From assembly GCA_043228905.1 (NCBI GenBank), contig JBHGNT010000009.1, positions 15,438,001-15,502,000 on the forward strand: a stretch of DNA of 64,000 nucleotides. The letters run 5' to 3'. Source of the DNA: Azolla caroliniana. Taxonomy: Eukaryota; Plantae; Polypodiophyta. A program made the translations under genes and the position numbers. Below, piece after piece: positions 53,427 through 64,000 of this stretch. Below the pieces are notes generated by a model, which saw only the letters and a list, made by a program, of their open reading frames with translations, made no database searches and was not told where the DNA came from. How positions within the stretch are numbered: the stretch's first letter is position 1; every line of letters starts with the position of its first letter.

Positions 53427-56400
53427 TGTCGTGAAGATTTCTGGCTATAGTGTGAAACCGGGGTGGAATGGGCAAGTCGGTGGTGTGCAACATATGCACA
53501 TGTATAGTAGGAAACGGTGTATAGAATAAAGGGGGGAGTATTTATCCCACATTGTAACGTCTCTCCCTCCTTGGGCTATAAAAGGAAGGGACAGGTCTCT
53601 TGTGAGGGGTTGCCCATTTTGAGTTGTAAGGGTATACCATTTTGTAGAGGGTCATTTTGTTAAGAATTTCTAGGGTTAGTAACTATCTTGTGGTCTTCTT
53701 CTTCTTCTCCTTCTTGAGAAGCTGGGCGTAGTAGCCATGGCGGCAAAGCTCTGTTAGGGTTAATGTCTTTTCTTCTGAGTGTAGCCCAGCTCGAAGCCGG
53801 GGTTGTATCTTTCCTTTGTAATATATACACTTGTATCTGTTTGTGCATATTGGTGTATCCAGTGGTATCGGGAGCATAGCCCTTCGTTCCTTGTGCATAA
53901 GAGTCAGTGTCATGCGCACGCTCTCTCTCTCTCTCATGTTTGGTTGCCTCCGGGTCGTGTCCGGAGTCTGTTTTCTTGGCTTCCCTTTTTCCCTCGTCTG
54001 AGACCCCCGTGGTCCCGCCCCTTTCTACACGCACACGTGTAATAACGCGACATCTTTGGTGAACCCGATGTGAAAGGGCGGCAAGGGAGAATGGAGTTGG
54101 AAGAAGACGACTTCAGGTAACTTTTTTTCGAAGCGGTGAGGGAGTTTGGACGAGCAACAACAAGAAGAGAGACGGCGCAACAAGTTGTTGAGCGAGTGGT
54201 CGAAAGAGTCAGCCGTTTCAACGGGGACAAGGTCCAATTCTACTTGGGAGCCTACAACGCGGAAACAGAAGAGTGAGACCTAGACGAGGCGTTGAGGCTG
54301 GAGTTCTTCTGTCGGGTCGTCGTCGCCCGTATGCACGTGGAAATGAAGGAGCTCCGAGAAGCTCATAGTTCGTGGGAGGCCTTCGAAGAGGCGCTCTTGC
54401 AAGCATATGGAGGACGACGGAAGAGCCGGGGACAACACGGCTTCGACCAATCGGTGGCATCGGCGAAGACCTACCGGGGCACAATGAAGGCGTTCTGAGA
54501 GTTCGAGCGACGACTTGCTCGGCTCCCGAAGTGGGAACAAGGTTTGGTGGGGGCGGACAAAGTCCTATTGTTCGTTAAGTCGATCGACGAGCAGAATGGG
54601 AGGCCATCAGGATTGAGCTCGAAGCCGAGGACGGAGTGAATGGCCTTACGGAGGACTGGTCAAAGTTCGGAAAGGTATGCCAATGGCTAGATGACGAGCG
54701 GGCCGAAAAGCCTAGGAGGAAGTCGTGCGAGGGCGTGCCATCATAGCGGGAAGAGGCCGAGCAGCAAAGAGACTCAGCAAGGCTCGGCTTCGGGGCCAGG
54801 TTTGCGAAGGCAGACATAGCTCTCAAGGCGATGCTCGAAGTAGAGGAAAGAACGAGGCCGCAAGCCGATGCCGAGGAGACGGACTTGCCCCACGAGATAG
54901 CAGAAGATTGGTACGACAGTACCACGGGAGAGTGTGCGGAACAAAACGCCCTCTCATCTTGCGGAGACGGAACGGCCAAGGACAAGGCGGAGATACCGAT
55001 CGCAGAATCGGAACGTTGGGACCGGCGGTTTTGGCCACGTCAGCCCGAAACTCCGGACATTGGAGAAGCAAGCCCAGGCAGGGCTTGCACGATCGGTAAG
55101 GAGTCGACCATCGACTACGAGGAGCCGGTGGCTATGGACAAAGGCGCAAACATGGCGGGCGGTTCTACGCGCCACACTTGCTCCCAAGACAATGGTAGTC
55201 GGGCCCGAGTGCCCAGGTGAGTCCCAAGAGGAGGAAGGCGGCGGCGTGAGACCAAGAATCGCCGCTGAGACGATACGAGGAAGGAGCGGACAAAAGCCCT
55301 CGAAACCGATTCCGGAGAACTCGGCATTCGGGCCCTTATGCCCACGTGAGACCGAGGAGATGGATGACGATATCAAGGAGTCCTGGCACGATGCCAGCGA
55401 AGATGGATGGGAAATGGCCCGCAAGGACGTGGGCGAAGGAACCATGAAACGACCCGACCAGGGACCGAACCGCGCAGCACTCCGATTCGGGTGGGGCGCG
55501 ATCCGGTCGTGGATTGTTCAACCGGGGCTAGAATCGGCATGAGGGTGCCGATACGGGAGAGGGTGTGGAACAAGCCGTCCTCTTTTACATGGGGAGAAAG
55601 ACCAACCGGGTGAAGGTCGGGAATCAAAAGGAAGGTGATCAAGGGTTCAGAACGAATCCGGCGGGATCGACATTGGAGCCGAAACTCCGGACATTGGAGA
55701 ATCAAGCCCAGGCGGAGCTTGGTTTATCACAGAGCGGATGCTCTCCACCGACACCACTAAAAGGGTCGGTGCCTTGGGACGAGTCGCCGGAAGACGTTAG
55801 GAAATCAGTTACCCCACATCTTGACCGAAGACTTCGGCAGTTCAAGCCAACATGACAACGTGAGACCGAAAGAGAAACAAGAGGGTAGGGGAGCGTAAAG
55901 GAGGGATCAACGGCGACGGGGAGAAACGGAAGGAGAAAGGAAGGCCGGTCCTATGGGATCCTCACACCAATCTAGAGACACCGGCAGTTTAAGCCGACGT
56001 GGCAACGTGAGACCGAGTAAGAAGGATGGTGGCGGCAGGAAACAGGACCCGGCAATGCGGAGTGACGGTCGGCCCCGGATGAGAGCCGGGCGGAGCAGAC
56101 TTCCGGATAACCGATCTGGAAGGGAGGAAGAGGCAGGCCTAGAAGAGGCTAATAACCTGTACATTGGTACCACAGGAGGGAACGGTGTGGTGCGAGCCAC
56201 CCTCCCGACATGCGAAGAAGGAAGACCCGGGATAAGGGTTTAGGGTTTAGCCCGAGGAGGATCCTCCACACGAGTTTTAGAGACTCTGGCGATTGGCTGA
56301 GAGCCGGCGTGAGACCTAAACTGATGAACGGTGGCGGCGTGGGGACGAAGGCAAAGGACTGCGGATGGGCGGTCTACAGAGATCCTCACACCGATCCGGC

Positions 56401-58268
56401 AGTCGGCTCGAGTGCCGGCATGAGTCCTATAGGAGAGATGGGGGGCGGCAGGTGAACGTGATCGGATGATGAAGGCAGAGCGGCAAGGAGGTATCGGGCC
56501 GGCGAGGCGGCCACAAACCACAACTAGACCTTCCGGCAAGATGGAAGGAAAAGAAGGAAAAGAAAGACCAGTCGCATGGGATCCTCACACCAATCCGGAG
56601 ACACCGGCAGTTCAAGCCAACGTGGCAACGTGAGACCGAGTGAGAAGGATGGTGACGGCAGGAAACGGGAACCGGCAATGTGGGTAGTGTGGATAGGGCG
56701 ATCCTACGACGATCCTTACACCAATCCGGACACACTGGCAGTTCAAGCCGACATGGCAACGTGAGACCAAGTGAGAAGTATGGTGGCGGCAGGTGAACGG
56801 GATCAAGCTAAAGGGATGGCAATCGGCCACTAACCGAAACCGGGCCGGAAGACAACGCGGAAGGAGGGAGAAGAGAAAGAAAGACCTATCCTATGGGATC
56901 CTCACACCAATTCGGAGACACCGGCAGTTCAAGCCGACATAGCAACGTGAGACCTAGTGAGAAGGATGGTGGCGACAAGAAACGGGAAACGGCGATGCAG
57001 GAAGAGCGGACCAGGAGCCAGCAAGGCCGGAGTTGATGGTGGTCAAACCCTTACCAGCCGGTTACGATTTCGAGAGGAAGCTGGTGAGGGGTAAACACGG
57101 AGTGGAACAAGAGACGTGCGAGTGGCCATCGAGGGCTGAAGCAAGCACGGGTGCGGGATGGCATTCGGCACAAGCGGTGCCGACCAAGGAAGGCGGAAGA
57201 TGCTAGACGGCACAGTGACCATAGAAGGAACAAGGAGCGTGTATTAGGGTCACCTAAGGACCGAAGAACGAACGCGCATTCGGGGAATGATAACGGCACA
57301 CGGGAAGAGCCTACGGAAGGCGAGTGCGGAGCAGAGAGAGTCGGCACGCAGAGGTGTCCGGGGTGCGGAAACTATTGCACCAACGGAGGGACATGCGCGG
57401 CATGCAAGGCACGGAATCCGGCATACAACCGAAGTGACCAGGGTTGGGATCAGAGAACATACATGGCGAACAAAGGAGGGGTGACCAGATCGGCAACGGT
57501 GTTCGGGAGGACCGATCGTGGAAGAAGGCGCGAACGCCGGATATGGGCGGGGCCGGTAAGGAGCCGGCGAGACGGTCCAGTGCCGATAAGGTGGAGGACC
57601 CGGTTAATCACCATCGCCGAAATCTCTCATCCTTTTCCTTTCTTGGCACATGTTGGTGGATGTGCGGTTTGGTGGGGGTGGATGTCGTGAAGATTTCCGA
57701 CTATAGTGTGAAACCGGGGTGGAATGGGCAAGTCGGTGGTGTGCAACATGTGCACATGTATAGTAGGAAACGGTGTATAGAATAAAGGGGGAGTATTTAT
57801 CCCACATTGTAATGTCTCTCCCTCCTTGGGCTATAAAAGGAAGGAACAGGTCTCTTGTGAGGGGTTGCCCATTTTGAGTCATAAGGGTATACCACTTTGT
57901 AGAGGGTCGTTTTGTTAAGAATTTCTAGGGTTAGTAACTGTCTTGTGGTCTTCTTCTTCTTCTCCTTCTTGAGAAGCTGGGCGTAGTAGCCATGGCGGCA
58001 AAGCTCTGTTAGGGTTAACATCTTTTCTTCTAAGCGTAGCCCGGCTCGAAGCCGGGGTTGTATCTTTCCTTTGTAATATATACGCTTGTATCTGTTTGTG
58101 CATATTGGTGTATCTGGTGGTGTTGGGAGCATAGCCCTTCGTTCCCTATGCATAAGAGTCGGTGTCGTGCGCAGCTCTCTCTCTCTCGTGTTCGGCTTCC
58201 CTTTTTCCCTCGTCCGAGACCCTCGTGGTCCCACCCCTTTCTACACGCACGTGTGTAATAACGCGACA
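53427..58268 (+). mobile_element. Non-autonomous LTR element D2 (longer copy of D1 family)
   Basis: LTRs 53427-54052 and 57683-58268; Trp-type PBS 54057-54074; PPT; gag-like RFNGDKV..SWEAFEEALL..GADKVLLFVKSID; flanks ACGT/GCGT. Confidence 0.92.
55955..56990 (+). repeat. Array of ~83-bp core repeats inside D2
   Basis: Same unit as 31203-32060, near 55957, 56580, 56711, 56896 plus partial units. Confidence 0.88.
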
Positions 58269-58499
58269 GCGTTCTTCCGCTTTCCGGGTGTAGGACCGGG
58301 TTTGCGGTCGATCTTGTCGAGTTGGTTCTCGGTTGCATTGGCGGCTAGACATCCATTCCTTGATGTTCGGATGTGAGAATCACATATCACCAGGCATGCC
58401 AGAAGTGTTACCGATTAGGAACACGGCCTACCCTCAGTCCTTCAGGGTATGGCTCAAAGAGGTTCTGCTACAAAAAATGGATTAGCGTAGTAGGTCTAG

Positions 58500-58590
58500 T
58501 GTTACGGGCATGACCATATAATATCCCGTGGTGTATAGAATACTACGGTAAATTCTCAGCACGGGATATTATATGGTCATGCCCGTAACA
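58500..58590. repeat. 91-bp palindrome: perfect 31-bp inverted arms with 29-bp spacer
   Basis: TGTTACGGGCATGACCATATAATATCCCGTG (58500-58530) and its exact reverse complement (58560-58590). Confidence 0.97.
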
Positions 58591-60150
58591 TGTAGCCTCA
58601 ACGTAATACAACGGTAAAGTGTCACTAAGTGTCCGCGAAGGTAAGGCATTAATCGGAGATGGCTACAACCGAGCTCCTTCCTACCGTGCATCAATATACA
58701 CAGATACATTACTTACCCTAAGAATGGATACGCTTCCGAATGACACAGAGATAGAGAGTAATCAATATAGAGATCAGAAAAGACAATATGACTATATTAG
58801 ACTGGTTATGCTCAAAATTACGCTAGTTGTTACAATGTTTCTATGCCCTTTATATACGCAGGGCATAGTCGATTACGCTTCATGCATGAACCATTACATG
58901 AGTTACTTTAACGCCTAGTTTATGATAACACGCCTACCTCCTAGCCCATTTCATTACTTCTCACCTTGTTTCTCATTAGTCCGCTTCCGGCGGACAACAT
59001 CAAGCTTCGACCTCTGATCCTTAGCCACATGCATATACACTAGACATCCGAACACTCTTAGGTTTCGGTAAGAGACATCCTTTCCTGTCCACACCCTTTG
59101 TGGGACATCACCTTTCAATGGTACTTTGGGAGACCTGTTGATCAGATAAATAGTTGTATACATCGCCTCAGCCCAATATGATTTCGGTAGCTTGGCATGC
59201 TATAACATGCTCCTTATTCTCTCCATAATCATCTAATTCATCCTTTTTGTAAGCCCATTCAACTCAAGGGTCTTTGGTACTATGTATTCAATTCAAATAC
59301 CTTGAGCCTTGAAGTATTCTTCGAATTGCCCTTTATATTCTCCACCATTGTCGGTTCGAACAACCTTCAGCTTCCCACTCGACTCTCGCTTTGTTCATGC
59401 GTGGAACTCCTTGAACATTGACAGTACCTAATCCTTCGACTTCAGTATGAAGGCCCATATCTTCCGACTATAGTCGTCAATAAACGTTACGAAGTACTGT
59501 CCACCTCGATGTGATGGATCATCTACATAGCACACATTTGTGTGTACTAGTTCTAGTGGCACTTCTCTTCTTCTCGGTGGTCTTGTGTGGAATGCAGCCC
59601 TGTTCTGCTTTCTGACTAAACAGTTGATACACTTCTCCAAGTGCACTCCTTTCACTTCTAGGAGAAGTTCTTGGTCGGCCAAGATATGCATTCCCTTTTG
59701 TCAAGATTCGAACTCTTGACATAATCATGTTATAATCGAGTGTTATGTGTTAACCACACATCTAGCATATAATCATGTATATACTTCCTCATTGTAGGTT
59801 TTAGCTAGAGTCATGTGCATAATTTCTCCCTTGTATTATTAACACTTGGCACATGCATGTGTACCTACTACCTACATGCTCTATTGTATCACATGCGTGC
59901 AACAGGTATGCATGCCACTTAGTATAAATAGTTGAGTTCACCTTGAAGGAATTCAAGGTGAACAACACCAGTCATGGACATATCAATCCAGTATTCTCAT
60001 TTCGCCCATCTTCTCTCCTTAATCTTCATCTCTATCTTTATGCTCTTGTGTCATTCCATCATCGCTCCATCGTAGCCTCATCATCCTTGCTCCGTCTTAG
60101 TCCGCATTTGGTGTGTCCGTGACAGTTTGTTCACCTTCCAACTAGAAGCA

Positions 60151-60806
60151 TGACAAGAACTACACGCTCCCTTTGAACAATGCTCGGCCACAACCGAGCC
60201 TAGAATAAAACACAGAAAACAGGGAATGAAACACAACATGATAGAGAGAAGAGTACACAGGATGTTTACGTGGAAAACCCAAAACTCAGGAAAAACCACG
60301 GCAGCCCACAAACCGCAAACTATCACTATGTCAGAATGTACAATAAGAAAGCACCGAAGCCACGACCTCGAGTTTGCTATCTTCGCCACAGGCGGCGGTT
60401 ACAATCAGAGGCAACAACCTCTTCCTCTCTCTCACTCTCTCTGTACACTATTACGCGCACTCACTTCTTGCACCAACAAGAATGACAACAACACTTTTTC
60501 ACTGTGTCTACAAAAAATTTGCCCTAAGTCATATTTATACAAATATGACTTTTCGGCTATTTACAAATATAGCCACGATGGACTCTCAAAAACATATTTA
60601 TGAATATGTCTCTTCATCCGGTAAGCACTCCTCACCGGGCCTGCATCATCCGGTGCTTGCCGGGTACTCGTCGTCCGGTTCTCACCGGGTCTTCCGTAGC
60701 TGGGTATTCCTCATCCGGTTTCGGCCTCGGCCTATCGACCTCGGCCGAGTTTGCTCAGCAGTACTGTTCTTCTGACTTCCCATCCGGAGGGACCTGTTTC
60801 CTAACA
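60151..60806 (-). mobile_element. Copia solo LTR (656 bp) nested in K
   Basis: TG..CA; perfect TSD AAGCA; same family as 29827-30517. Confidence 0.93.
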
Positions 60807-60814
60807 AAGCATCA

Positions 60815-61380
60815 CCCGGTGAGGGCCGCACATGGCCGCTCACGCCCGTTCGTGTTCCTGTTCCCGGTGAGGGCCGCACATGGCCGCTCACTCCCATTCG
60901 TGTTCCTATTCCCGGTGAAGGCCGCATGGTCACTCACTCCCGTTCGTGTTCCAATCTCCGGTAAGGACCGCACATGGCCTCTCACTCCAACTATTGTTCG
61001 TGTTCCAGATCCCGGTGAGGACCAACATGGTCGCTCATGCCCGTTGTTGTTCATGTTCCAGTTCCCGGTGAGGACCACACATGGTCGATTACTCCCATTC
61101 GTGTTCTTGTTCCCGGTGAGGGCCACATGGTCGCTCACTCGTTCGTGTTCCATTTCTCAGTGAGGACAACATGGTTGCTCACGCCCGTTGGTGTTAGTGT
61201 TAGTGTTCCAACTCTCAGCGAGGACCGTTCCAGTTCCCGGCAAGGACCCCACATGGTTACTCATACCCCTTGGTGTTCATGCTCCCCGTGAGGACCGCAC
61301 ATGGTCGCTCATAGTCGTTGATATTTGTGTTCCAGTTCTAGGCGAGGACCACACATGGTCGCTCATGCCCGTTGGTGTTA
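60815..61380 (+). repeat. Minisatellite, about 12 units of 44-58 bp
   Basis: Consensus near CCCGGTGAGGACCGCACATGGTCGCTCACNCCCGTTCGTGTTCCNGTT. Confidence 0.92.
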
Positions 61381-63632
61381 AATACCTCATCTTGTGGAAG
61401 GGTTACTCCTTGTCTACGATTTACAAAATACTTTGGAGGTAATCTAAGATTTTCATCAACAATATCCCCTTAAGCCGACAAACGATTTGGGAAGGCATCG
61501 TTGGAGGGGGGATAATGTCAAGATTTGAACTCTTGACATAACCATGTTATAATCGAGTGTTATGTGTTAACCACACATCTAGTATATAATCATGTATATA
61601 CTTCCTCATTGTAGGTTTTAGCTAGAGTCATGTGCATAATTTCTCCCTTGTATTATTAACACTTGGCACATGCATGTGTACCTACTACCTACATGCTCTA
61701 TTGTATCACATGCGTGCAACAGGTATGCATGCCACTTAGTATAAATAGTTGAGTTCACCTTGAAGGAATTCAAGGTGAACAACGCTAGTCATGGACATAT
61801 CAATCTAGTATTCTCATTTTGCCCATCTTCTCTCCTTAATCTTCATCTCTATCTTTATGCTCTTGTGTCATTCCGTCATCGCTCCGTCGTAGCCTCATCA
61901 TCCGTGCTTTGTCTTAGTCCACACTTGGTGTTTCCATGACACCTTCTCACTCATGTGGCCTAGTCTCTTATGCCATAACTCTCCACTCGAGCCGGCTGCC
62001 ACATTCACTTCCGAATTGCACAGTCAAGCATGCATCATATACAATGTGCCCTCTTTTTGTGCTCGGGCCACTATGAGGTTTCCCCGGCAAAACTTTCACT
62101 TGTCGTTTCGGAAGCTACCACAGTAACCTTCATCATCCAACCTTCCACTCGATATCAGATTCAAGTTGATATCTAGGACATGCCGAACTTCCCTTAGAGT
62201 CAGTCGACAACTTGCCGACATCATCAAGCTTACAGTTCCTATGCTGGCCTCCCGGATAGTATCATCAGCGATCGTGGACCTCAATTCGTCTCAAAAATTT
62301 TGAAGCATCTCTTCAAAATTCTCATGGTCATTTGTAACCTCTCCTTTGGCTATCACCCTCAAACAGAAGGACAAGGAGAACGAACAAATCAGACGCTAGA
62401 ACAATATCTTTGGTGTTTTCTAAGCTATCAACAAGATGATTGGGTGGATATTCTCCACTTTGCCAAATTTGCTTATAACAACTCTATCCACTCATCGACT
62501 AGGGTTACACCATTTTATGCTTATACATGCTATCATCCTCGATGGTGTGTGCTCGAAACTCTGGAGATACCCACAAATCCTTGTGCAGAAGATCATTTGG
62601 AGCGGCTCCGCAAGATATAGGCAGATCTATCTACCCATTTACATCAAGCTCAACAAACACAGACGGCTTATGTGGATCATCATCGGCTTCCATCCTGTTT
62701 TGACATTGGAAATCAGGTATGGTTATTACGACGACGCATCAAGACTACTCGAAAATGCAATAAAATTGGATTATTGACGATTAGGTCCTTTGCATATTGT
62801 TGGAAAAATTAATGATGTCACTTTTCGTCTTGATCTACCTCCGCAACTATGGATACATCCGATTTTTCATAGTTCTCTTCTCGAACCCTATCAAGGTAAC
62901 ACTATCCTGAATCATGTTACGCCACCTCCACCCCCAATTGAGCTTGAAGCCGGACCGGAGTATGAAGTTGTTGCCATCCTCGATTCCAAGATCATTCGCA
63001 ACAAGCTCTACTATTTGGTCAATTGGCTAGGCTATAGTCCAAGCAAGCGTACTTGGAAACCATTTGAGAATTTGGTAAATGCTTGAGCTCTTATTGAGGA
63101 CTTCCATCGGCAATATCCCGACAAAAAGGTAAAGAGGGATGTTTGAGGGAGCAGTTATTGAGGGATGATGTTCAACAAATAGAGAGTAGAGACACAGATT
63201 TTTGGGTGTACCCAACCGCCTTAATTGGTACACAAGAAAGAAAGGTTATTATATTAGTTAACCCTAGAAAGAAAGAGGTGTGTTCACATTATGTTAGTTA
63301 ACCCTACAAAGAAAGACGGGGGGGTAGTGTCATGATATAGCATGGTATGGCTTCAAAAGGATTCGAACCCATGACCTTATGTCCCATGGGTTGGAGCCTT
63401 ACCATTAAGTTATAGATTGTAATATAAAATATATCCATTTATTATTTTATTTAGGAAATCTATATATATTCTAAATTTCTCTGGAACATTCTAGAAACAT
63501 CAAGAGTACTCCTAAGCATACTATAAAAAGAGGCACAAGGCATTATTTTGAACCAATTCGGTTCAACGCCAGTCTTAAGCCTCCTAGCTATCCTTGTATA
63601 TTCTTTTCATATAATATATCTTTTGTTTATCA

Positions 63633-63637
<5 letters not shown>

Positions 63638-63700
<63 letters not shown>
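63638..63700. repeat. (TC)n microsatellite (second tract 63911-63970)
   Basis: direct reading. Confidence 0.95.
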
Positions 63701-63701
<1 letters not shown>

Positions 63702-63705
<4 letters not shown>

Positions 63706-63908
63706 GTAATTACCTTACCCTAATGGTAAATTGTTAACACTGCAACATAAGCACTGCGTCATGGGTTTGAAACCCCATTTTCTCACCTCTCTATTATATA
63801 CTTCATATACTCTTAATTCTCTAGATGCCACTATGGAATGTAGGGGTTGAACCCATGACCACCTGGTCTCCATTGGGCAACCTTACCTACTGAGCTACAT
63901 CCATCTAG

Positions 63909-63910
<2 letters not shown>
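63702..63910. mobile_element. ~210-bp tRNA-related insertion inside a (TC)n tract
   Basis: Absent from homologous solo LTR 51022-51442; minus strand has A box TAGCTCAGTAGG and B box GGTTCAACCCC; flanked by TC repeats. Confidence 0.6.
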
Positions 63911-63972
<62 letters not shown>

Positions 63973-64000
63973 TCTCTCGAGTGTTCTACACCCTCTTCTC

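Larger units (their letters stand above)
49698..58999 (-). mobile_element. Ty3/gypsy element G2, related to G1: LTR 58406-58999, PBS, gag, protease, RT; 3' half missing; carries nested inserts
   Basis: YPRFNGDTD, CIVDGGSGVNVIS, LLGRPWL, RVCVNYRKLN, VFLDDF; LTR starts TGTTGTCC on minus. Confidence 0.9.
59699..61941 (+). mobile_element. Non-coding TRIM-like LTR element K with 426-bp LTRs
   Basis: LTRs 59699-60124 and 61516-61941; TSD CCTTT/CCTTC; PPT GGAGGGGGGATAA; internal part is a tandem array plus a nested solo LTR. Confidence 0.93.
59000..62255 (-). mobile_element. Ty1/copia integrase-region fragment (element J), split by element K
   Basis: LNLISSGRLDDEGY, LWHKRLGHMSEK|GMHIL, LELVHTNVC, YFVTFIDD, RNLRVFGC. 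Confidence 0.88.
62256..64000 (+). mobile_element. Chromovirus (Tcn1-like gypsy) 3' part: integrase, chromodomain, PPT, 3' LTR from 63328 (element L)
   Basis: SDRGPQF, YHPQTEGQGERTNQTLEQYL, FAYNN, IHPIFHSSLLEP, EYEVVAILDSK..YYLVNWLGY...TW; GACGGGGGGGTAG then TGTCATG. Confidence 0.92.

Noticed and set aside
54575-57690. Many overlapping 100-200 aa ORFs in D2 as host genes
   Set aside because: GC-rich repetitive sequence gives open frames on both strands; no recognisable domain beyond the gag-like start
63840-63905. Functional tRNA gene
   Set aside because: A and B boxes are present but I cannot form convincing acceptor and anticodon stems; treated as tRNA-derived

Overview
Repeat-dense eukaryotic nuclear DNA from a land plant; the LTR lineages present suggest a fern or other non-seed plant, which is an inference. 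One host gene is clearly supported: a 4-exon remorin on the minus strand (11107-9665, 172 aa). Most of the rest is a nested stack of LTR retrotransposons. These include many Ty1/copia copies (one very young near-intact copy at 35836-41164), two non-chromoviral Ty3/gypsy copies (one with a long extra ORF after integrase), a chromovirus integrase-chromodomain remnant and four TSD-flanked solo LTRs. There are also two non-autonomous LTR families. The most notable observations: (1) two chromovirus-type LTR families start with an antisense tRNA-like Pol III A/B-box module; (2) a small non-coding element has a Tf1-style self-priming site; (3) a gag-only family has a tRNA-Trp PBS and apparent 4-bp SCGT target duplications; (4) a 91-bp TG..CA palindrome with perfect 31-bp arms sits inside an LTR; (5) a duplicated splice acceptor could swap the remorin membrane-anchor tail. 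All coordinates and comparisons were read by eye; no searches were run.
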